A stretch of 64,000 nucleotides of DNA from Myxococcales bacterium (GTDB taxonomy: Bacteria > Myxococcota_A > Polyangia > Polyangiales > DASUME01): NCBI GenBank assembly GCA_047601445.1, contig JASGJH010000001.1, forward strand, positions 7,264,001 to 7,328,000. Reading direction: 5' to 3'. The position numbers and the translations under genes were made by a program. Each line of letters opens with the position of its first letter. Position 1 is the stretch's first letter. Positions 58,307 to 64,000 of this stretch are shown piece by piece. Below the pieces are notes generated by a model that was given only the letters and a program-made list of their open reading frames with translations, made no database searches and was not told the origin of the DNA.

Positions 58307-59440
58307 TCACCAACGGCCTCCGAGACGCAAATCGAGGTGGAGCGTCACCCAGTCGGCGACCGCCACATCCCCCGCGCCCGCGACGGTGAAGCGGGGACGG
58401 CTCGTGAGCGGGAGTCCCATTCCAAAAACGCTGGTGATCTCGAGGTGCTCGGCAATCCCGTAGCCGATCAACAGAGAGGGACCAGCCAGGAGCCACGGAA
58501 CGTTCGCGTGGCCCGCTTCCACGGTATCGCGGGTGTCGCCGTGGGTCCGCAGGGCCGAGAGCTCGACGCACGGACCGACACGCAGATCCCGGCCAAACTG
58601 GCCGCAGCTCGCCAACGTGACCAGGCTCGTCCGCAGCTGGACGAGACCTCCGGCCGCCACGACATCCGAGCGGGGAAGGGTCATGGCGCCGCGAACCTCG
58701 AGATAGAGCGCACCCCAGCCAAGGCCCCCCGCCAGGGCGAAGCTGAGCTGGGGTTTGGGTAAGCTCGACGACCAGACGCCGAGGCCGACCGCGACGCGTC
58801 CCCAGCGCTCGCGTGACCTTCGCGATCGCGCTGCGCGCACTCTACGCTCTTCCCTGTCCGGCTCTTGTTGTGTCGCGCGCTCGAGAGCGGGTTGCGCGGG
58901 CGGGCGACGGGCGAGGGATTCGGTGGCCGCTCGAGGCGGGACTGCCCTCTCCGCGACCGTCCCATGCGCGGGCACGTCCGGCGCCGTTGCCTGGGTCTCC
59001 GCCCAACCCACGGTGGACTGCGATACCGGGGGCCGGCGTGCGCTCTCTTCGCCCGCGTCCGCGTCTTCCGCATCGCTCGGCTGCTGCGTCTCAGGGGGCA
59101 GCGCAGCGGCCATGGCGACGAGCGAAGCGGCCAGGTCTGCCAGGTGCAGACAGCTTGGGTCCCGCAGCGTGCGCGCTGTCCGCACCCTGCCTTGGACGAT
59201 CGAGAGTTCAAGCAGATAGCTTGTGCCATTGCGGCCGACCCGAGCCACCGCCTGGAGGTCGACGTCGGAGGCACCGTGGCGAGTAAGCAACGTTCGGAGC
59301 TTCCGGTGAACCTGCTCTGAACTCGGGCAACCGGGCGGCGCTGTCCAAGTGAGCTCCGCACCAGCTGCTCGAGCCGGGCTCGCACCCAGAAGGCTTCCCC
59401 CCCACCAACAAACGATGACGACGAGCCTGAGAAGCACCAC
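58307..59440 (-). CDS. Exported protein upstream of the ECF sigma (possible C-terminal beta-barrel)
   Basis: Signal peptide; WTAPPGCP; alternating beta-strand pattern; terminal Trp. Confidence 0.7.
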   Translation of the reverse strand: MVLLRLVVIVCWWGGSLLGASPARAAGAELTWTAPPGCPSSEQVHRKLRTLLTRHGASDVDLQAVARVGRNGTSYLLELSIVQGRVRTARTLRDPSCLHLADLAASLVAMAAALPPETQQPSDAEDADAGEESARRPPVSQSTVGWAETQATAPDVPAHGTVAERAVPPRAATESLARRPPAQPALERATQQEPDREERRVRAARSRRSRERWGRVAVGLGVWSSSLPKPQLSFALAGGLGWGALYLEVRGAMTLPRSDVVAAGGLVQLRTSLVTLASCGQFGRDLRVGPCVELSALRTHGDTRDTVEAGHANVPWLLAGPSLLIGYGIAEHLEITSVFGMGLPLTSRPRFTVAGAGDVAVADWVTLHLDLRLGGRW

Positions 59441-59555
59441 GCGTGGCGCGACGTTAGCCTTTTTCTGGGCCGCCTGCTCGAGTTCGCAGCGTGCGCTCTC
59501 ACCCGGCCACAGGAAACGCGCCGTACCTCGACGTCATGGGTGCGAGGATGGCCGG

Positions 59556-60695
59556 CTACGGTGCGGGCATCGGTGCACTTGGGCTCAGGGCGTCGATCCA
59601 GTCGGCGATCTTCTGGGTCCCGACGTCGTCGATCTTGTGGGTGACGAGCGGCGGCATCTGGTAGTTGCCACGCCGGTGGGTCAGCTGCCAAAGGAGGCTC
59701 TGCTCATGAGAGCCTGGGGAGATGCGCAGAGCGCCGGGGAAGGCTTGCGCCACCGATGCGGTGGTGGGGGCTTGGTTCACGGTGGCGCGATAGGCGTCCG
59801 TGGACTCGGCGGCGACCGGCGCGGTGCCGGCGTCGCTGGGCCAGAACTCGTCCGCGCGCAGACGCAGCACCAGCTGGGTTTCGTCGCCGAGACCACGAGC
59901 GGAATGGCAGGGCATGCCGCAGTTGGCGTGCAGGTAGCCGAGCGCCGCGCCGGCCTTGCCGGTCGCATCTTCGGGGAGCGTCACGCTGGCGGTCGCAGGC
60001 GGCGCCGACAGGGAGTGGGCTGCCGAGAGCCCCGCCAGGGTCACGCCCTGGGCCGAGGGCAGCGCGAGCGCAACGGCCTCGACCCCGAGGAGCTGATCGG
60101 AGCCGCCATGGTGGCATTTGCCGCAGTCGCGCGCGGTTGGGATCTCGTAACCGCTCGGCAAGATCACGGGCTTGCGGTCTTCGTTCAAGGTCGCACTCGT
60201 GTTGGCAGCATCCCAAATGTACGTGCCCGACTCCCAGTGCGTGTCGCTGGTCTTCCAGAAGATGCGGGTCTCCACGAGCTTGCCGTCGAAACGGAACTCC
60301 TTCCATGCCTTGGTACCGACCGGAAATTTCCAGGCGTCCATCTGGGATGTATCGATCTGCGCGCCGGGAGGGAGCTGCAAGTAGCGCTGCTTCTCGGCGC
60401 CATCACTCCACAAGGTCACTCCAGGAGTGTAGGGCTGCACCGACTCCGGGTGCCGTGTTGGGTCGCGGTCCTTGTAGAGGCCGGTGCAGAACACGTCTTT
60501 AGGCAGCGTAGTGCTGGACGGGTCGCAACCGAGGGCAGGACCGCTGTCGTCTGCAGCGTCGGGCGCTGCTGCATCCGCGACGCGCGCATCGGGCATCGGA
60601 GATGCGTCCTGCGTCGGCCCGTGATCGGAAGCCGGCGAGCAACTTGCGAGCACCAGCAGCGCGGGCAGCGCAAGACGAGGATGCTTGCTCGACAT
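59556..60695 (-). CDS. Cytochrome c lipoprotein (SO2930-like)
   Basis: Lipobox LASC; LWSDGAEKQR, FPVGT..WKEF, VETR; CGKCH, atypical CGMPCH; QMPPL. Confidence 0.8.
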   Translation of the reverse strand: MSSKHPRLALPALLVLASCSPASDHGPTQDASPMPDARVADAAAPDAADDSGPALGCDPSSTTLPKDVFCTGLYKDRDPTRHPESVQPYTPGVTLWSDGAEKQRYLQLPPGAQIDTSQMDAWKFPVGTKAWKEFRFDGKLVETRIFWKTSDTHWESGTYIWDAANTSATLNEDRKPVILPSGYEIPTARDCGKCHHGGSDQLLGVEAVALALPSAQGVTLAGLSAAHSLSAPPATASVTLPEDATGKAGAALGYLHANCGMPCHSARGLGDETQLVLRLRADEFWPSDAGTAPVAAESTDAYRATVNQAPTTASVAQAFPGALRISPGSHEQSLLWQLTHRRGNYQMPPLVTHKIDDVGTQKIADWIDALSPSAPMPAP

Positions 60696-60720
60696 GCTGC
60701 GACTCCTTTCTCTCGGCCCG

Positions 60721-61170
60721 CTAGTCATCCGCAGCGCCGCCCTCGATCCAGCTCCGGATCATCGCAAGTTGGTTGTCGCTGAGGTGTTTTCCCCCGATCG
60801 GCATGCGACTGCCGCAGGGGGGAGGATCGGAGGACAGCTTGAGATAGAACAGGCTCTGCTCAGGGTGATGGGGGACCACCAGCGACATCCCGTTGCAGTG
60901 ACTGCTGCTAGATGTCGTGCCGACCAGGGCTGCGAAGGCGCTGTCGCGATCGGATCCTACGCCGAGCTTACCGTTGCTCGTGTCCCGGGCCGGCATCGAG
61001 TGGCAGAAGTTGCAGCGTGCGTTGGTGGTGGCGGGGAAGATCTCTGCGTAGATCGCCGTGAATGTGGCAGGGGTTCCTTGCATCGTCGCCGCTGGCGAAT
61101 CTCCGCCGCAGCCGACGGTGAACAGTGTCATGCCGAGCGCGAATCGACGGATGGGGCTCAAGGCAAACAT
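60721..61170 (-). CDS. Monoheme cytochrome c lipoprotein
   Basis: Lipobox TVGC; CNFCH; VVP..PEQS, RMP and WIEGGA. Confidence 0.85.
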   Translation of the reverse strand: MFALSPIRRFALGMTLFTVGCGGDSPAATMQGTPATFTAIYAEIFPATTNARCNFCHSMPARDTSNGKLGVGSDRDSAFAALVGTTSSSSHCNGMSLVVPHHPEQSLFYLKLSSDPPPCGSRMPIGGKHLSDNQLAMIRSWIEGGAADD

Positions 61171-62168
61171 TGAAATGGTCCGTTCGCGATCGGAGGCAGC
61201 GTGTGTAGGTAGGTCGCGATGTCGCGCGCGTCGCCATCCGACATCTTGCCCAGACGATCGGGACCGCCGGGGTGCGTGTTGCAGAACTCGCGCCCGGTGT
61301 CTTTCTCCTTGTTCGTCTTGATGGCGGCGACGATGTCGTCGATGCTCCAGGTCGCGAGGCCGGTGGCATCGGGGGTGAGATTGAGCGAGGTGTGCTCCGG
61401 CGCGCCACGAATGAACGTGTACTTCTTGCCGCCGGCGAAGGCCTTGGTGAGGTCGGGGACCCCGTAGGTGATCTCTTCGGTATGGCAGTTCATGCACGCC
61501 GTCTTGGCGAGGTAGCGCCCACGCTCGGCCGCTTCGTAGCCGTCCTGGCCCGGCGTCAGAGTCGTGTGTGGGATTTTGGCGTCGTCCACTGGCGGCGCGG
61601 GCGGGTTCTGATCGAAGTACGGGTAGTCCGCGGCGACCACGTTGTCGTTCGGTGGTACGCTGCGCAGGTACATGACGATCGAGTCCACGTCCTCCTGCGT
61701 TAGCAGCGAGTACTCGGGGTAGGGCATGATCGGGTACATCGCGATCATCTCGTCATCGATGCCCCGGGTGAGCGCGCGCCGGATCTGATCGTTGCTCCAC
61801 GCGTGCAGACCTTCGGGATCGTGTGACGTGAGGTTCTCGGCATTGACGGTGATGATGGTGCCGTCGATATCTTTGAAGTCGTAGGAGCGGCTGCCCGCGA
61901 GGTACTTCGTAGGATCGGGATCGCCGTTGGGCAGCGACGGCGTGTGGCAGACTCCGCACATCAAGACGTGATCGACCAGGTACTCGCCGCGCTCGACCGT
62001 GCCTGTGAGAGGCGCCGACGCGTCGCCGACATGAGCGTCGGGGAGTGTGCTCGCGTCGCGGTCCCCAGCGGCCGCATCGAGCTCTCCGCCTGCGTGCCCG
62101 TTGGAAGTGCACCCGGTAGCCCAAAGCATGGCGATGCCCCAAGCTCCGCATCGAAGCTGAACCTTCAT
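61158..62168 (-). CDS. Diheme cytochrome c lipoprotein
   Basis: Lipobox ATGC; ERGEYL..CGVCH and ERGRYL..CMNCH; two NLT motifs. Confidence 0.9.
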   Translation of the reverse strand: MKVQLRCGAWGIAMLWATGCTSNGHAGGELDAAAGDRDASTLPDAHVGDASAPLTGTVERGEYLVDHVLMCGVCHTPSLPNGDPDPTKYLAGSRSYDFKDIDGTIITVNAENLTSHDPEGLHAWSNDQIRRALTRGIDDEMIAMYPIMPYPEYSLLTQEDVDSIVMYLRSVPPNDNVVAADYPYFDQNPPAPPVDDAKIPHTTLTPGQDGYEAAERGRYLAKTACMNCHTEEITYGVPDLTKAFAGGKKYTFIRGAPEHTSLNLTPDATGLATWSIDDIVAAIKTNKEKDTGREFCNTHPGGPDRLGKMSDGDARDIATYLHTLPPIANGPFQCLP

Positions 62169-62203
62169 GAAATCCCTCTTCTGTAGTTGAGTCGCGAGCT
62201 TTT

Positions 62204-62785
62204 TCAGTAATCCTGGCCGCCGCTGCAGAACTCGGCGCGGAATACGCCCTCCACGTGGCCGCCGTTCCCGTAGGTCGCGGACACCGTCCCGGCGACAGGG
62301 CCGTCCTTTTGGCCTTCCGTGAAGACCAGGTGGGTGGTCTTGGCCCCGACTTCGTAGGCGGAGGACTTGCCACCGGACGCGTAGTTGACCTCCGCATCGT
62401 CGTAGGCCTGTCCGACCTGAGGCGCACCGGAGATCACGATCTCCACGACTTGCGCCCCTTTGTCGAACGTACCCAGCCAGCGCGAGACCATCAGCTGATC
62501 GCACGTGAGCGCTGCGGATGTCAGGTAGACGAGGGTCTCTCCGCTGTTGGAGATCACCTTCGAAGAAACCGTGTCCACCACGGTGCCTAGCTGGCCCAGG
62601 CTGCCGGTCAGCTTCGTCGTGACGATTCCACCGTCTGGTACCTCTACTGCGTCACCGTCTCCCGCCGAGTCGCCGTCTCCCGCCGAATCGCCGTCTCCCG
62701 AACCTGCCTGATTTCCACCATCAGAGCCACAACCAACCAGCAGCGTGAGCGCAGCAGCTAAGCCACACAGAAAAGCATTCCTCAT
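62204..62785 (-). CDS. Lipoprotein of unknown function (first gene of the cytochrome operon)
   Basis: Lipobox LVGC; GDGDSA repeats; C-terminal F.AEFC; alternative GTG start at 62791. Confidence 0.8.
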   Translation of the reverse strand: MRNAFLCGLAAALTLLVGCGSDGGNQAGSGDGDSAGDGDSAGDGDAVEVPDGGIVTTKLTGSLGQLGTVVDTVSSKVISNSGETLVYLTSAALTCDQLMVSRWLGTFDKGAQVVEIVISGAPQVGQAYDDAEVNYASGGKSSAYEVGAKTTHLVFTEGQKDGPVAGTVSATYGNGGHVEGVFRAEFCSGGQDY

Positions 62786-62841
62786 GTTCACCCGGCACCC
62801 TTCCCAGTCTCAGGGTGCATTTCCCGGCCGGCCTCCCAGCC

Positions 62842-62858
62842 TTCAAAGAAATGGCCAG
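62842..62858 (-). promoter_or_regulatory. Possible sigma54-type promoter
   Basis: CTGGCCATTTCTTTGAA on the minus strand (GG-N10-GA variant), about 50 bp upstream of the operon. Confidence 0.35.
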
Positions 62859-62940
62859 TCGGCTTGCTAAAATTTCGGAGCCGTTCTCGAAACTCGGAGC
62901 GCCACGAGGTGGGCCAGGCACGTCCGTCGACGAAGCAGAC

Positions 62941-63999
62941 TCAGGGGGCGAGCACGCGCTCCACATCGCGCGCGCGAAACCCCTTCGGGAAGCGCGCCAG
63001 GTATGCGTGGGCAGCGGCGCGCGCGTCGCTCGGACGCTCGAGTCGCAACAGGGCGATCACGCGCAAGTACGCCGCGTCCTCCGCATGAGGGTCGCGCGGA
63101 AAGCGCTCGAGAAACTGCTCCAGCAGCACAGCGCCGCGCCCGGCGTCTCCACCTTCGAGGCTACCTGCTGCCAGCGCAAAGGCCTCCGCCGCGCTGGGCA
63201 ACGCCTCCGCGGGTCCGGCGACGGATGCGGCCGGTGCTGCACGGGACGAGCGTGGGCGCGGCAACACGGGTGCGGGTTGCGGCAGGGTGTCATGCGGCTC
63301 GGCCAGCATGCTCCGCGGCTCCTCTGCGCTGAGCAGGACTGGCGCGGACTCGGTTCCCGGGCCGCCTGGTGCGTCTTGGCGCGCGCCCAGGTTCTCTGGC
63401 GAAGAGTCCCCTTGGTAAGGACGATAGGTCTGCATCGCGCGGACCTCCTGCGGCGGGCGGCCGTTGAGTCGGACGACGACGCGTCCCTCGAACACCTCGA
63501 CTGAGCGCGTCTGACCGCCTTCGACGTGGACCGCGAACGCGGTTCCGATGTCTTCAATTTCGCCGTCGGGTGTTTGCAAGACCAGCGCAAGGTCCCCGGG
63601 GCGGCGGCGGACGCGCAACGAGATCCGCCCTTGCCGGACCGTGATGACCTCGCGGGTTGCCTCGACCCGCCGCTCGTAGTGCACGCCTTGATCGGGGGTC
63701 AGCACGACGACGGCGCGCTCGGACGGTTTGGACACCACGTCGCCGCGTTGTGCCGCGGGCTCCGGCACGGGGCGAAGCCACCATAGGAGGACAGCGGCGG
63801 CGAGCGCGACAGGTAGCGGCCAGATCGCGCGAACCGGGCGAACCTGGGCAGGTTGCTCGGCGGCGACGTGTTCGGCGTGCGCGCGCGCCAACAGCTCCTG
63901 GCGGCGGCGGCGCAGACCGAGCTCGTCGGGTTCAGCGATGGGGAGGTCCCGCAAGCTCTGGCCAAGAGCTTTGAGCGCTTGACGTTCTGCGATGCAGTC
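62941..63999 (-). CDS. FecR-domain anti-sigma-like protein with TPR-like C-terminus, 5'-truncated by window edge
   Basis: TPDGEIEDIGTAF.V...V.V.EG.V FecR motif; frame stays open to the window end. Confidence 0.85.
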   Translation of the reverse strand, partial: DCIAERQALKALGQSLRDLPIAEPDELGLRRRRQELLARAHAEHVAAEQPAQVRPVRAIWPLPVALAAAVLLWWLRPVPEPAAQRGDVVSKPSERAVVVLTPDQGVHYERRVEATREVITVRQGRISLRVRRRPGDLALVLQTPDGEIEDIGTAFAVHVEGGQTRSVEVFEGRVVVRLNGRPPQEVRAMQTYRPYQGDSSPENLGARQDAPGGPGTESAPVLLSAEEPRSMLAEPHDTLPQPAPVLPRPRSSRAAPAASVAGPAEALPSAAEAFALAAGSLEGGDAGRGAVLLEQFLERFPRDPHAEDAAYLRVIALLRLERPSDARAAAHAYLARFPKGFRARDVERVLAP

Positions 64000-64000
64000 C

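Overview
High-GC window from a myxobacterium (Polyangiales/Sandaracinus-like, inferred from GDGDG-linker lipoproteins, a Ser/Thr kinase-ATPase, ECF/anti-sigma triplets and Cys-rich lipoproteins). It holds about 55 CDSs; I found no rRNA, tRNA, CRISPR array or transposase. Main loci: nhaA; SCP2 plus a glycogen-debranching-type glucosidase; acyl-CoA carboxylase, GPx and SDR; two vWA lipoproteins; redoxin plus hybrid histidine kinase; a 1225-aa lipoprotein plus FadL-type porin; a metal locus (czcBA-nikR facing a TonB-receptor operon with a perfect GTAGCA-N16-TGCTAC NikR-type operator); a sensor-less sigma54 activator facing a sigma54 promoter and roadblock gene; desaturase-hydrolase-glnT; SMR-fabF-ACP-reductase facing a Tat amine oxidase; and ECF and cytochrome c lipoprotein operons. 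The best novel candidate is a coupled three-gene operon at 54770-56709. It encodes a vitamin-K-dependent gamma-carboxylase (GGCX/HTTM)-like enzyme split into two genes in reversed order with key motifs retained, behind a Cys/Asp-rich lipoprotein. A structured ~80-bp dispersed repeat (5 copies, compensatory base changes, 109-bp periodicity at two loci) is also notable. All family assignments come from motif recognition by eye; no database searches were run.
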